The notes below the pieces were generated by a model. It was not told the DNA's origin. It saw nothing but the letters and a program-made list of their open reading frames with translations, and made no database searches. Shown here piece by piece: positions 1-9,948 of a stretch of DNA of 64,000 bases (position 1 is its first letter; every line of letters starts with the position of its first letter). The DNA lies in the NCBI GenBank assembly GCA_965277035.1, contig CBDIBO010000003.1:5071786-5135785 (forward strand). Reading direction: 5' to 3'. The position numbers and the translations under genes are program-made. The stretch is from Rhodopila sp. GTDB taxonomy: Bacteria; Pseudomonadota; Alphaproteobacteria; Acetobacterales; Acetobacteraceae.

Positions 1-694
1 CAACCTGGGTCGGAGATTTGCGATCGACCGGCCCATCCGCCCGCGGCGTGTGGAAGTAATGGCTGCCACGGTCGGTATACAAACTCAGCGCCAAGCCATG
101 CTCGCCGAACACCTGCAGCAGCGCCTGGAACGTCGAGACGGTGCCCTCCTCGGGGCACACGAAGGCTGAGTAGATCGTGTTCGTCGCATCATCCATGGTC
201 ACGATCAGGTCCATCGCATCAAGCCCGCCAATCCAGCCGTGGCGCGAGCCGTCTTGATGCAGCATCATCCCGGCCAGCGGCCGGCGCGGCCGCTTGCGGC
301 GATGCGCGCCGCGCGTTGTGGCGCGTGGCAGCAAGCCCCTCGATTGCAGAAACACCTTGGTCCAGGTGTAGCCCCAGGCGAAGCCGTGATCGCGCACCAG
401 GTGCTCATGGAAGTGCTTCGCCCTGAAGCCGCTGTAGCGGGTGCGATACAGGGTCTCGATCTGCGCCTCGCGCTCGCTCGGCACCCGCTTGCCCGACACC
501 TGGCCGAGACGCCGGTCCAACAGCCCGCTCTCGCCGGCGTCTTCGAACCGCACGCACCAACGCCGGAACGTCCGCTCGCTGACGCCAAGCAGCGCCGCCG
601 CATCGATCTGGTTGAGCTCACTGGCTTCATGGCGCTCGAACACGCTCCGGAACTTGATCACCCGCACACCCTGTAGGGCTTCCGTCCGGCGCAT
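1..694 (-). CDS. Transposase (HTH plus integrase-core/DDE type), 3' end outside the window
   Basis: Manual translation from ATG 694: MRRTEALQGVRVIKF...AAALLGVSERTFRRW (HTH)...MMLHQDGSRH...LIVTMDDAT...SLYTDRGSHYF. Not in the ORF track because the frame is open at the edge. Confidence 0.85.
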   Translation of the reverse strand, partial: MRRTEALQGVRVIKFRSVFERHEASELNQIDAAALLGVSERTFRRWCVRFEDAGESGLLDRRLGQVSGKRVPSEREAQIETLYRTRYSGFRAKHFHEHLVRDHGFAWGYTWTKVFLQSRGLLPRATTRGAHRRKRPRRPLAGMMLHQDGSRHGWIGGLDAMDLIVTMDDATNTIYSAFVCPEEGTVSTFQALLQVFGEHGLALSLYTDRGSHYFHTPRADGPVDRKSPTQV

Positions 695-720
695 CCAGGC
701 TCTCCAAAGAGCCCAGCATC

Positions 721-766
721 ACCGGACAGATCGTGTGCTACCTAAACCGGACATATCGTGTGCTAC
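721..766. repeat. Two 21-bp subterminal direct repeats of the IS end
   Basis: accggacagatcgtgtgctac (721-741) and accggacatatcgtgtgctac (746-766), 1 mismatch. Confidence 0.85.
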
Positions 767-1143
767 CGACATTCGGCAGCGCCATGCTGTCCGGAGGTGC
801 CAGCCAACGATATATTGAAGAACGAGGGAAGGAAGTATCGCCGCTTTATTTGGCGCGCGGATCGCTCCGCCGTCTGGCAATCCGCAAGAGGCTCCGCGAT
901 ACGTTTATCGAGGACTGGACTGATATCGTGGCGCTTGAGCACGGTTTGCTCGTATTCGCCGACAGTGAGGAGTTTCTCCTACTTAACACGGCGCCCGCCA
1001 GGACATGGACGCAGATCGCTACCAAGCCATGCGATGACCTCATCAAACGCCTTCGTGCTGGAGACTCCACTACAATTGGCGATGCCGAGGGAGAAATTCG
1101 ACCGACCTGTGAGCTTCAAAGGGCACACCGCGATAAGCGCCCA

Positions 1144-2208
1144 TTACGGCACGCTGGACCCGCTCACCACCATCGTATCGCTCAGTTTTGCAGAGACGAC
1201 CTCAACCGTATGGTCGATCGCGGCATGAGGCATGCCAAGCTCATGCGAGATCATTTTCACCAGCAAATCGACCCGCTCAATTACGGGCGCCCCGCTGGCT
1301 ACTGCGCGAGCCGCTGACGAGGGCTGGCGCAGGCTTTCCGCGGCCTTGGCGTATTTCTCGAACGGCACCTGATCCGTCGTGTCGGCCCCCAGCCGCCGTG
1401 CGAGGGCATCCACATGCTCATAGATCGACTGCGAAAGCTTCAGATCGTGGTGCACCGCGTCGCGGATCGACCGCGGTCCCCTCGGTGTGATGCAGCGATA
1501 GTTCCCGGTCAACAGCATCGACCACTTCGCCAGTGGGACGAACAGCGAGTCGAATACCTTCAGCTTTACCGGAACGTTCTGGCCATCCAGCGTCACGGCG
1601 TCGATGTCGGACGCGAGCTCCCGAAGTATCCGGTTGTGGACGTCGTCCGCAAATGTCGCCGCCTTGAAGTTCGTTGCTAAACCGACATGAAGGACGTTCG
1701 CCGCCTCCTCTGGAAGACGGGAGGCCTGCGGATCCGGCGAACAGAGCGACATCAGTCCCGACTTGAACGGTTCCCAGACCCGGGCATCGGTATACGCTTT
1801 TTGCAGATCCATAGCCTCCAGCGCCGGGATCCGCTTGAGATAGGACAAGGGCGGCATGTTCATGATCGAAAGACACGGCAGACTGGCCTGGGCGATCCTG
1901 GCCATCAGAAGGCGGATCGCATCGTCGGTGTATTGCGGCTCCTGCATGGCAAGAGCAACCAGGTCATAGCGTGAAAGGTTGACCTCATCGGGCGGGGTCG
2001 CGTCCAGTTTTCCGAGAAGGTCGCGTGAAAAGATCGCTCGGTGGGCCGGCTCGTCACTCAGCTTGATGCGAACTTCGGTGCCATCGCTGTTTATGAGGTC
2101 CGCGGTTTTCTTCCGGCAAACCAGGGTCACGTTGTGACCAGCCATCAGCAGCTTGGTTGCCAGCAACGAGCCATAGGAGGCTCCGAGAACTAAAACGTTG
2201 CGCGCCAT
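1144..2208 (-). CDS. Rossmann-fold oxidoreductase-like protein (ketopantoate reductase-like N-terminus), function unknown
   Basis: N-terminus VLVLGASYGSLLATKLLMAGHNVTLVCR resembles a dinucleotide-binding beta-alpha-beta unit. ATG 2208 preferred over 2229. Confidence 0.6.
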   Translation of the reverse strand: MARNVLVLGASYGSLLATKLLMAGHNVTLVCRKKTADLINSDGTEVRIKLSDEPAHRAIFSRDLLGKLDATPPDEVNLSRYDLVALAMQEPQYTDDAIRLLMARIAQASLPCLSIMNMPPLSYLKRIPALEAMDLQKAYTDARVWEPFKSGLMSLCSPDPQASRLPEEAANVLHVGLATNFKAATFADDVHNRILRELASDIDAVTLDGQNVPVKLKVFDSLFVPLAKWSMLLTGNYRCITPRGPRSIRDAVHHDLKLSQSIYEHVDALARRLGADTTDQVPFEKYAKAAESLRQPSSAARAVASGAPVIERVDLLVKMISHELGMPHAAIDHTVEVVSAKLSDTMVVSGSSVP

Positions 2209-2370
2209 TTTTGAATCCTGCCCAGGCAAAGGAACGCCGCGGGCCGAGCCTTAGGCTCGAAGGCGAACGGCCCTCCTCGAAAGGAATGACTAAATTACCG
2301 CACCGTGATAAACATTACAATCAGGCGGCGGTTATTGCTAGGTTATCGCTCCCCCCGCTGCTCAGCGCGC

Positions 2371-2399
2371 TTGCAATCTCCTCCAACCTCCGCCATATC
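2371..2399 (+). promoter_or_regulatory. Candidate sigma70 promoter of rpsB
   Basis: TTGCAA-N17-CATATC just upstream of the rpsB leader. Confidence 0.35.
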
Positions 2400-2425
2400 C
2401 GGTCCGCCGGTTCAGGCCGGTAATT

Positions 2426-2519
2426 CACACGCGGGGACCCTTTCCTAGCCACCGAGTGGCCAGGGCCCGGTGCCTTTGGGCAAGTCCCCTTGGGCAACCC
2501 CCCGCGGAGGCACAACCGG
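2426..2519 (+). ncRNA. rpsB leader (t44-like S2 autoregulatory element)
   Basis: 5' CACACGCGGGG can pair with 3' CCCCGCG, followed by GGAGGCACAACCGG. These resemble the conserved ends of rpsB leaders, directly upstream of rpsB. Confidence 0.6.
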
Positions 2520-2541
2520 ACGGTAGGAAAGGAGCACGCCG

Positions 2542-3324
2542 ATGGCGATGCCCGATTTTTCAATGCGCCAGCTGCTAGAGGCCGGCGTTCACTTCGGTCA
2601 CCACACCCGCCGGTGGAACCCGCGCATGGCGCCGTTCCTGTATGGCACCCGCAACCAGGTCCACATCATCGACCTGCAGCAGACCGTGCCGATGCTTGAC
2701 CGTGCCCTGCGCGCGGTGCGTGACGTCACCGCGGCCGGTGGCCGTGTTCTCTTCGTCGGGACCAAACGCGCCGCCGCCGAACATGTGGCCGACGCCGCCA
2801 AGCGGTGCGGCCAGTACTACATCAACCACCGCTGGCTGGGTGGCACGCTGACCAACTGGAAGACCATCACCGGTTCGATCAAGCGGCTGCGCCAGATCGA
2901 GGACCTCGTCGCCGGCGACACCCAGGGCCTGACCAAGAAGGAAGTGCTGGACATCACCCGCGACAAGGACAAGCTGGATCGCGCGCTGGGCGGCATCAAG
3001 GACATGGGCGGCCTGCCCGACATCCTGTTCATCATCGACACCAACAAGGAAAAGCTCGCAGTCGAGGAGGCCAACAAGCTGCACATCCCGGTCGTCGCGG
3101 TGCTCGACAGCAATTCCGACCCCACCGGCGTCACCTTCCCGATCCCCGGCAACGACGACGCGATCCGCGCCATCACCCTCTACTGCGATCTGATCGCGGG
3201 CGCGGTGCTGGACGGGATCAGCGCCGAAATGGCCTCCTCCGGCACCGACATCGGTGCGCGTGAAGAGTTGCCGCCCGAGGTGCTTGCCGAGGCCGAGCCG
3301 GAAGCTGCCGCCGCGACTGCCTGA
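2542..3324 (+). CDS. rpsB: 30S ribosomal protein S2
   Basis: [30 protein letters not shown] motifs. Confidence 0.99.
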   Translation: MAMPDFSMRQLLEAGVHFGHHTRRWNPRMAPFLYGTRNQVHIIDLQQTVPMLDRALRAVRDVTAAGGRVLFVGTKRAAAEHVADAAKRCGQYYINHRWLGGTLTNWKTITGSIKRLRQIEDLVAGDTQGLTKKEVLDITRDKDKLDRALGGIKDMGGLPDILFIIDTNKEKLAVEEANKLHIPVVAVLDSNSDPTGVTFPIPGNDDAIRAITLYCDLIAGAVLDGISAEMASSGTDIGAREELPPEVLAEAEPEAAAATA

Positions 3325-3348
3325 ACCCTTTTCTCAGGAGACAAAGAC

Positions 3349-4257
3349 ATGGCCGCGATCACCGCTGCCCTGGTGAAAGACCTGCGCGACAGGACGGGCG
3401 CGGGCATGATGGACTGCAAGAAGGCGCTGATCGAAACCGACGGTGACATTGAAGCCGCCGTCGACTGGCTGCGCAAGAAGGGCCTCGCCGCCGCCGCCAA
3501 GAAATCCGGCCGGGTCGCTGCCGAAGGTTTGGTCGGCGCCGCCTCCGCCACCAACAAGGCTGCCATTGTCGAGGTCAACGCCGAAACCGATTTCGTCGCC
3601 CGCAATGAGACGTTCCAGGACTTTGTCGCGACCGTTGCCCGGATCGCATTGGACATCGGTGACGATCTGGCGGCCATCAGTGCGGCCCCGTTTGCCGGAA
3701 CCGATCGCACGGTGGCGGAGCAGCTGACCCACCTGGTCGCCACCATCGGAGAGAACATGACGATCCGGCGGGCCACGGTGCTATCGGTCTCCAGCGGCGT
3801 CGTCGCCACCTATATGCATGCCGCGCTCAAGCCGGGCCTCGGCAAGATCGGCGTGCTCGCCGCGATCGAAGGGACCGGGGAGTTCGAGACGTTGGAGACG
3901 CTGGGTCGGCAGGTCGGCATGCATGTCGCCGCCAGCCGCCCCGAAGCGCTCGATATCGACGCCGTCGATCCCGCCGCGCTCGAGCGCGAGCGGGCGGTGC
4001 TGACTGAACAGGCGCGGGCCTCCGGCAAGCCGGACCACATCATCGAGAAGATGGTCGAGGGGCGGGTGCGCAAATACTATGAAGAGGTGGTCCTGCTGGA
4101 GCAGGTTTGGGTGCATGACGGCGAGAGCCGGGTGCGCGCCGTTGCCGAGAAGGCCGGGGTCAAACTGACCGGGTTCGCCCGCTTTCAGCTTGGTGAGGGC
4201 ATCGAAAAACCGAAAGACGACTTCGCGGCCGAGGTCGCGGCAACCGCGGGGGTTTGA
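3349..4257 (+). CDS. tsf: Elongation factor Ts
   Basis: [28 protein letters not shown] motifs; follows rpsB. Confidence 0.99.
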   Translation: MAAITAALVKDLRDRTGAGMMDCKKALIETDGDIEAAVDWLRKKGLAAAAKKSGRVAAEGLVGAASATNKAAIVEVNAETDFVARNETFQDFVATVARIALDIGDDLAAISAAPFAGTDRTVAEQLTHLVATIGENMTIRRATVLSVSSGVVATYMHAALKPGLGKIGVLAAIEGTGEFETLETLGRQVGMHVAASRPEALDIDAVDPAALERERAVLTEQARASGKPDHIIEKMVEGRVRKYYEEVVLLEQVWVHDGESRVRAVAEKAGVKLTGFARFQLGEGIEKPKDDFAAEVAATAGV

Positions 4258-4357
4258 GCTGGCCGCGACGACCCGCGATCCGGATCGCGCCCGGCTTGTT
4301 CAAAACCAACGAGATCACTAGGGTGCCGGCCCATCTTAATCGCCTTTCGGGAGTCGC

Positions 4358-5080
4358 ATGACACAGCCGGCGGTCTACAAGCGTGTGCTGCTGAAACTGT
4401 CCGGGGAAGCGTTGATGGGCCGCCGTGAGTTCGGCCTGGACAACGAGATGGTCCGTGCGATCGCCAACGACATCAAGGCGGTCGTCGCGATGGGTGTCGA
4501 GGTGTCGGTGGTGATCGGCGGCGGCAACATCTTTCGCGGCGTATCCGGGGCCGCGTCCGGGATGGACCGCGCACAGGCCGATTTCATGGGCATGCTCGCT
4601 ACCGTCATGAACGCGCTCGCGGTTCAATCCGCTCTTGAGAAGTGCCAGGTTGCCACCCGTGTCCAGTCGGCGATCCCAATGTCATCGGTTTGCGAGCCCT
4701 ACATCCGCCGCCGAGCCGAGCGCCATATGGAAAAGGGCAGGGTGGTGATTTTCGCTGCCGGCACCGGCAATCCGTTCTTCACCACCGATACCGCCGCCGC
4801 ATTGCGCGCAGCCGAGATGAAATGTGACGCGCTGCTGAAAGGTACCCAGGTCGACGGGGTCTATTCCGCCGATCCCCGAAAGGTCGCCAGCGCCACCCGC
4901 TTTGAGCAACTGACCTATCTGGAAGTCCTCGCCAACGATCTTGGTGTCATGGATGCCGCCGCGATCAGTCTGGCTCGGGAAAACCACTTGCCGATCATCG
5001 TATTTAACATCCACGCTCCCGGTGCCTTCGCTCAGGTGATGCGCGGCGAGGGAGCGTTCACCAAGATTATCGAGCCCTGA
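4358..5080 (+). CDS. pyrH: UMP kinase
   Basis: [27 protein letters not shown] motifs. Confidence 0.99.
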   Translation: MTQPAVYKRVLLKLSGEALMGRREFGLDNEMVRAIANDIKAVVAMGVEVSVVIGGGNIFRGVSGAASGMDRAQADFMGMLATVMNALAVQSALEKCQVATRVQSAIPMSSVCEPYIRRRAERHMEKGRVVIFAAGTGNPFFTTDTAAALRAAEMKCDALLKGTQVDGVYSADPRKVASATRFEQLTYLEVLANDLGVMDAAAISLARENHLPIIVFNIHAPGAFAQVMRGEGAFTKIIEP

Positions 5081-5099
5081 GGGAGTTGGAGGCATCGCC

Positions 5100-5669
5100 A
5101 TGGCCACCGCGGACCTGAACAGCCTGAAGCAGGATCTCACTCGTCGCATGGACGGCGCGCAGGAAACGCTGCGTCGCGAGTTCGCTGGCCTGCGTACCGG
5201 ACGGGCCCACCCTGGCCTGCTGGAACCGGTGAAGGTCATCGCATATGGAACCGAGATGCCGCTGAACCAGGTCGGCACCATCGGCACGCCGGAACCGCGC
5301 ATGCTGACGGTCCAGGTGTGGGACAAATCGATGATATCGGCGGTGGAAAAGGCGATCCGCGATTCGGGTTTGGGACTTAATCCCGCGGCCGACGGAATGA
5401 TGATCCGTGTGCCGATCCCGCAGTTGACCACGGAACGCCGCAACGAACTCGCCAAGATGGCGCATAAATATGCCGAAGGCGCCAAGATCTCGGTCCGCGG
5501 GGTCCGCCGCGATGGCATGGAGCAGATCAAGGCGCATGAAAAGAAGCACGAGATCGGCGAGGACCTCGCCAAGAACTGGTCCGAGGAGGTGCAGAAACTG
5601 ACCGATCAATTCATTAAAAAGGTGGACGAAGTGCTCGCGGACAAGGAAAAGGACATTCGGCAGGTCTGA
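5100..5669 (+). CDS. frr: Ribosome recycling factor
   Basis: [20 protein letters not shown] motifs; canonical position. Confidence 0.99.
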   Translation: MATADLNSLKQDLTRRMDGAQETLRREFAGLRTGRAHPGLLEPVKVIAYGTEMPLNQVGTIGTPEPRMLTVQVWDKSMISAVEKAIRDSGLGLNPAADGMMIRVPIPQLTTERRNELAKMAHKYAEGAKISVRGVRRDGMEQIKAHEKKHEIGEDLAKNWSEEVQKLTDQFIKKVDEVLADKEKDIRQV

Positions 5670-5738
5670 GGCGGATCACGCCACAAGATGCCTGTCATGA
5701 TTAGGCGGCCGGCCCGGGGCTTTGTTTCGGAGGACTAC

Positions 5739-6512
5739 GTGTCACCAGCCTTCGCGGCGTCCCAGGTCGTCGCCGATGCCGCCACGATCGGCACCGGCGC
5801 TGTAGAGCAGATCGTGCCGGCGCACGTCGCCATCATCATGGATGGCAACGGCCGCTGGGCCAAATCACGTGGTCTGCCGCGCGTCGCCGGGCATCGCGAA
5901 GGGTCCCGAGCCGTCCGCCGCGCGGTGGAGGGGGCGATTCAGTCCGGCGTCTCCTGGCTGACCATCTACGCGTTCAGCAGCGAGAACTGGCGCCGTCCCG
6001 CCAGCGAAATCATGGACCTGACCGGGCTGCTGCGGCGTTATCTGCGATCCGAGATCGCTGAGCTGAAGCAGTCTGGGGTGCGCCTTCGTTTCATCGGTGA
6101 TCGGTGCCGCTTCGATTCCGATATCCAGGCAGATCTGGCGGCAGCCGAGCGAGACACCGCAGCCAACGCCAGACTTAATCTGACCATCGCGCTATCTTAT
6201 GGCGCGCGGGCCGAAATCGCCGCCGCCGCGCGGGCCGCGCTGGCCGCCGTGCGGGATGGATGCCTCGCCGCCGGAGACTTGGGGGAAGAGGCCTTTGCCC
6301 GCTTCCTCGCCACCGCCGGCATGCCAGATCCCGACCTGATTATTCGCACCTCGGGCGAACAGCGGCTGTCAAACTTCCTGCTCTGGCAGGCAGCCTACGC
6401 GGAACTGGTATTCCTCGACGTGTTCTGGCCGGACTTCGAGCAGGCTCATTTCAATGCTGCATTGGCGGAGTATTCCCGGCGGGAGCGGCGATTTGGTGCT
6501 CGCAACGACTGA
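5739..6512 (+). CDS. uppS: Undecaprenyl diphosphate synthase
   Basis: HVAIIMDGNGRWA, YAFSSENW, DPDLIIRTSGEQRLSNFLLWQ. GTG 5739 follows a GGAGG RBS. Confidence 0.97.
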   Translation: MSPAFAASQVVADAATIGTGAVEQIVPAHVAIIMDGNGRWAKSRGLPRVAGHREGSRAVRRAVEGAIQSGVSWLTIYAFSSENWRRPASEIMDLTGLLRRYLRSEIAELKQSGVRLRFIGDRCRFDSDIQADLAAAERDTAANARLNLTIALSYGARAEIAAAARAALAAVRDGCLAAGDLGEEAFARFLATAGMPDPDLIIRTSGEQRLSNFLLWQAAYAELVFLDVFWPDFEQAHFNAALAEYSRRERRFGARND

Positions 6513-7380
6513 ACCGCCCGCCGATACCTCATCGGCGACCAATGTTGCGGACCCGACGCCAGCGGTCCGGCGGCCTGCCCGATGGGCTGATTTCAGACTT
6601 CGTTTCATGTCGGCCGCCGTCTTGGCGCCGATGGCGCTGGGGTGCATCTGGGTCGGCGGGTCCGCCTTCGCCATCCTGGTCGCCCTCGTCACCGTGGGCT
6701 TGTCCTATGAATGGCTCACGCTGTGCGGCCAGCGTCGGTCGCCGGTCGCTTGGTTGTTGTTCGCCGCGCTGCCCATCGCGGTGGCGCTGACGGCGTTTTC
6801 GGCCGCGATCTATGCGATTGCTCTTTTGGCTGCCGCCACGGCTGCCGGTCGCGCCGCAGGCCGCGACCTGTCCCCGCCGCGACCGCTTGCCCTTGGACTG
6901 CCCTATTTCGGTCTCGCCGCGGTCGCCCTGGTCTGGCTGCGGCAGCCGCCACTGAGCGGTGGCGCCAATGTGATCGTGTTGCTGCTGGTTGTCTGGGCCA
7001 GCGACATTGGGGCATACGTGGTTGGACGCGCGGTCGGCGGCCCGCGTCTGGCGCCAGCCATTTCACCCGGAAAGACCTGGTCCGGCGCGGTCGGCGGCCT
7101 TGTCGCCTCGGGTGCCTTGGGTCTCGCCGCGTCGGCCGTGCTCGGCCGTGGACTACATTTGGCGCGCCCGGTGGAAGTCGCGGTAATGGTTGGCGTCATC
7201 GCTCAGGTCGGGGATCTTTTCGAAAGCAACCTGAAGCGCCAGTTTGGTGTTAAGGATTCGGGGACCATGATCCCGGGCCATGGTGGCCTGCTGGACCGTT
7301 TGGACGCCGTGTTGACCGCCGCCCCAGTCGCGGCACTACTGGCGTTGGTTCTCGGACGTGGAGTAGTACTTTGGGGATGA
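6496..7380 (+). CDS. cdsA: Phosphatidate cytidylyltransferase
   Basis: WASDIGAY, ISPGKTWSG, GDLFESNLKRQFGVKDSG..IPGHGGLLDRLD. Start uncertain. Confidence 0.95.
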   Translation: MLATTEPPADTSSATNVADPTPAVRRPARWADFRLRFMSAAVLAPMALGCIWVGGSAFAILVALVTVGLSYEWLTLCGQRRSPVAWLLFAALPIAVALTAFSAAIYAIALLAAATAAGRAAGRDLSPPRPLALGLPYFGLAAVALVWLRQPPLSGGANVIVLLLVVWASDIGAYVVGRAVGGPRLAPAISPGKTWSGAVGGLVASGALGLAASAVLGRGLHLARPVEVAVMVGVIAQVGDLFESNLKRQFGVKDSGTMIPGHGGLLDRLDAVLTAAPVAALLALVLGRGVVLWG

Positions 7381-8588
7381 ATGCCCGTGATGCTGTCTCG
7401 TGCCGGTCGGATTCGTCCGCCTCCGGCATAATTCGGTCTGTAACCGTCCTCGGCAGCACGGGCAGCGTGGGTACCCAGACGGTCGAACTGCTCCTCGCCG
7501 ACCCCGATCGATTCCAGGTTTGCGCCGTGGTTGCCGGCCGAAATGTCGCGTTGCTTGCGGAACAGGCGGTGGCGTTGCGAGCCGAATTGGCGGTTGTGGC
7601 CGATCCTCTGGCTTATGCCGCATTGCGAGATGCTCTGGCCGGAACCGGCATCGAGGTCGCCGCCGGCGCCGAAGCGGTCGTCGCCGCGGCCGCACGCCCG
7701 GCGGACTGGACCATGGCGGCGATTACCGGCGCCACCGGCCTGGGTCCGACGCTGGCCGCGATCCGCCGCGGCGGATTTGTCGGACTGGCCAACAAGGAGG
7801 CCCTGGTCTGCGCTGGCGACGTCATGCTGCGTGCGGTGCGCGAGGCCGGCGCGACCCTTCTGCCGGTCGATTCCGAGCACAACGCGATTTTCCAGTCTTT
7901 GGCGGACGGCAACCATGGCGCGGTGGAAAAGATCGTGCTGACCGCGTCCGGCGGCCCTTTCCGCACCGCAAGCTTTGAGGCTATGCGTCGCGCCACGCCG
8001 GAAGCCGCGCTGCGTCACCCTGTCTGGTCGATGGGGGCGAAGATCAGCATCGATTCGGCGACAATGATGAACAAAGGACTTGAACTGATCGAGGCCGCGC
8101 GGCTGTTTGACCTGGAAGAAGCCGCAATTGACGTGCTTGTGCACCCGCAATCGGTCATCCATGGCATGGTCTATTATCACGACGGCTCTGTTATGGCGCA
8201 GTTGGGTTCGCCGGACATGCGCATCCCGATCGCTCACACGCTGGCTTGGCCACGACGGATGGTGACGACGTCCCGCCGCCTGGATCTGGCGGCTATCGGC
8301 GGCTTGGAGTTCGCCAAACCGGATCTGATCCGGTTCCCCGCGCTGCGTCTCGCCAGAGAGACGTTGCAGGCCGGCCGCGGGACCCCCACTATTCTGAATG
8401 CGGCCAACGAAGTCGCCGTCGCCGCCTTCCTGCAGAAGCGTATCGGCTTCCTCGAGATCGCTGAAACGGTCGACCGGGTGCTGCAGAAACTGGGCACCCC
8501 GAAGGCGGACACGCTCGATGACGTCGTCGCACTTGATACCACGGCACGCCGCATAGCCCACGACCTGCTGATTGTCCACGCCCTGTGA
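7377..8588 (+). CDS. dxr: 1-deoxy-D-xylulose-5-phosphate reductoisomerase
   Basis: LGSTGSVG, LANKE, PVDSEH, WSMGAKISIDSATMMNKGLE. ATGA overlap with the cdsA stop. Confidence 0.98.
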   Translation: MNARDAVSCRSDSSASGIIRSVTVLGSTGSVGTQTVELLLADPDRFQVCAVVAGRNVALLAEQAVALRAELAVVADPLAYAALRDALAGTGIEVAAGAEAVVAAAARPADWTMAAITGATGLGPTLAAIRRGGFVGLANKEALVCAGDVMLRAVREAGATLLPVDSEHNAIFQSLADGNHGAVEKIVLTASGGPFRTASFEAMRRATPEAALRHPVWSMGAKISIDSATMMNKGLELIEAARLFDLEEAAIDVLVHPQSVIHGMVYYHDGSVMAQLGSPDMRIPIAHTLAWPRRMVTTSRRLDLAAIGGLEFAKPDLIRFPALRLARETLQAGRGTPTILNAANEVAVAAFLQKRIGFLEIAETVDRVLQKLGTPKADTLDDVVALDTTARRIAHDLLIVHAL

Positions 8589-8613
8589 TCACCCCGATCC
8601 GAGAGCCATTCCT

Positions 8614-9726
8614 GTGCTGAGTTTCATCCCCGACTTTATTCGCAGCGCGGCGGCGTTCGTCTTGGTGCTCGGTGTTCTGGTCTTCGTGCATGAACTGGGC
8701 CACTACCTGGCCGCCCGCTGGCGCGGTGTCCGTGTCGAGACGTTTTCGATCGGCTTCGGCCAGGCGCTTACCTCGTGGACCGATAGTGCCGGCACCGTAT
8801 GGAAGCTGGCATGGCTCCCTCTGGGCGGCTATGTGAAACTGCATGGGCAGGAACGGCCGCAAGACGTGGCCGAAGACGTGCGGGCCCAGTGGATCCCCGG
8901 GCAGACGTTCCATGACAAGCCGGTCTTGTCCCGCGCGATCATCGTTGCCGCTGGGCCGATTGCGAATTTCGTGCTCGCGATGGTGCTGTTTTCCGCCCTG
9001 TTCATCGCTCTCGGCACACCGGTCACGCTGCCGGTTGTGGGCGCCGTGCTGCCGGATACCGCCGCGTCCCGCGCCGGCCTGATGGCGAATGACCGGATCA
9101 CCTCGATCGCTGGACAACCGATCGCCACATTCGAGGACCTGCAGCACGCCATAACCGTTCACCCGGCGGAAACTCTGCCGATGACCATCCAGCGCGGTGG
9201 TGCCGAACGCCAGATCCAGGTCACCACGGGGTCGCACGAGGTTGACGGTCATCGGGTGGGGCTGCTTGGGGTGCGGGGCGGCGCGGTGGAGTATCACCAT
9301 GTCGGCGTGCCGGCCGCCGTGTGGGCGGGCGTGAGCCAGACATGGACCATCACCTCTGAGACGGTTCGTGGCCTGGCGCAGATGATCAGTGGCACCCGCG
9401 GTACCGACGAACTCGGCGGCCCGCTGCGCATCGCGCAACTGTCCGGGCAGGTCGCCCAGCTTGGGATCGCGAGCCTTATTTCGTTTATCGGCGTGTTGTC
9501 GGTCAATCTCGGGTTGATCAACCTGTTCCCGGTCCCGGTGCTGGACGGCGGACATCTGCTGTTTTATTTGATGGAGGCGCTGCGTGGCCGCCCACTGCCA
9601 GCGCGCGCACAGGAATACGGGTTCCGCGCGGGCTTCGCGGTCCTGGCTTGTCTGTTCGTCTTCGCGACTTGGAACGATCTGACCCACCTGGGCCTGTTCC
9701 ACTGGGTCGCTGGCCTGATCGGCTGA
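8614..9726 (+). CDS. rseP: RIP metalloprotease RseP
   Basis: HELGH, PDZ-like region, NLFPVPVLDGGH. Start uncertain. Confidence 0.97.
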   Translation: MLSFIPDFIRSAAAFVLVLGVLVFVHELGHYLAARWRGVRVETFSIGFGQALTSWTDSAGTVWKLAWLPLGGYVKLHGQERPQDVAEDVRAQWIPGQTFHDKPVLSRAIIVAAGPIANFVLAMVLFSALFIALGTPVTLPVVGAVLPDTAASRAGLMANDRITSIAGQPIATFEDLQHAITVHPAETLPMTIQRGGAERQIQVTTGSHEVDGHRVGLLGVRGGAVEYHHVGVPAAVWAGVSQTWTITSETVRGLAQMISGTRGTDELGGPLRIAQLSGQVAQLGIASLISFIGVLSVNLGLINLFPVPVLDGGHLLFYLMEALRGRPLPARAQEYGFRAGFAVLACLFVFATWNDLTHLGLFHWVAGLIG

Positions 9727-9948
9727 CCCCTTAGGCGGCCGAGTTGGCTCGCGGGATCGCGAGGAGCAACGTCATGTGTATCGTTTTGAAAATTTTTCTC
9801 TCGATATATCAGTAAGTTATACGATCAACATTAGATAGCCTGATAGCATGCCCCGACACTAGCATCCGTGGCGAGCCATGGGTATTGTGCGCCGCGTTCG
9901 CGCCGCGCCGCTAGTTGATGCCCGCTTGGTTTTAAACCCGCAGGCAGT

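Larger units (their letters stand above)
1..771 (-). mobile_element. ISNCY/IS481-like insertion sequence, left part (runs off the window edge)
   Basis: On the minus strand the element begins 5'-TGTCGGTAGCACACGAT at 771 (TGT terminus). Subterminal direct repeats follow, then a transposase ORF. Confidence 0.75.

Noticed and set aside
733-1317. 194-aa and 156-aa plus-strand ORFs next to the IS end
   Set aside because: They start inside the IS terminus, overlap the neighbouring gene and show no motif. A degraded gene may lie in 772-1140 but cannot be supported.
7203-9702. Long minus-strand ORFs (458 aa, 437 aa), and similar ones opposite the monooxygenase, aroKB and the kinase
   Set aside because: They are antisense shadows of well-supported genes and carry no recognisable motifs.
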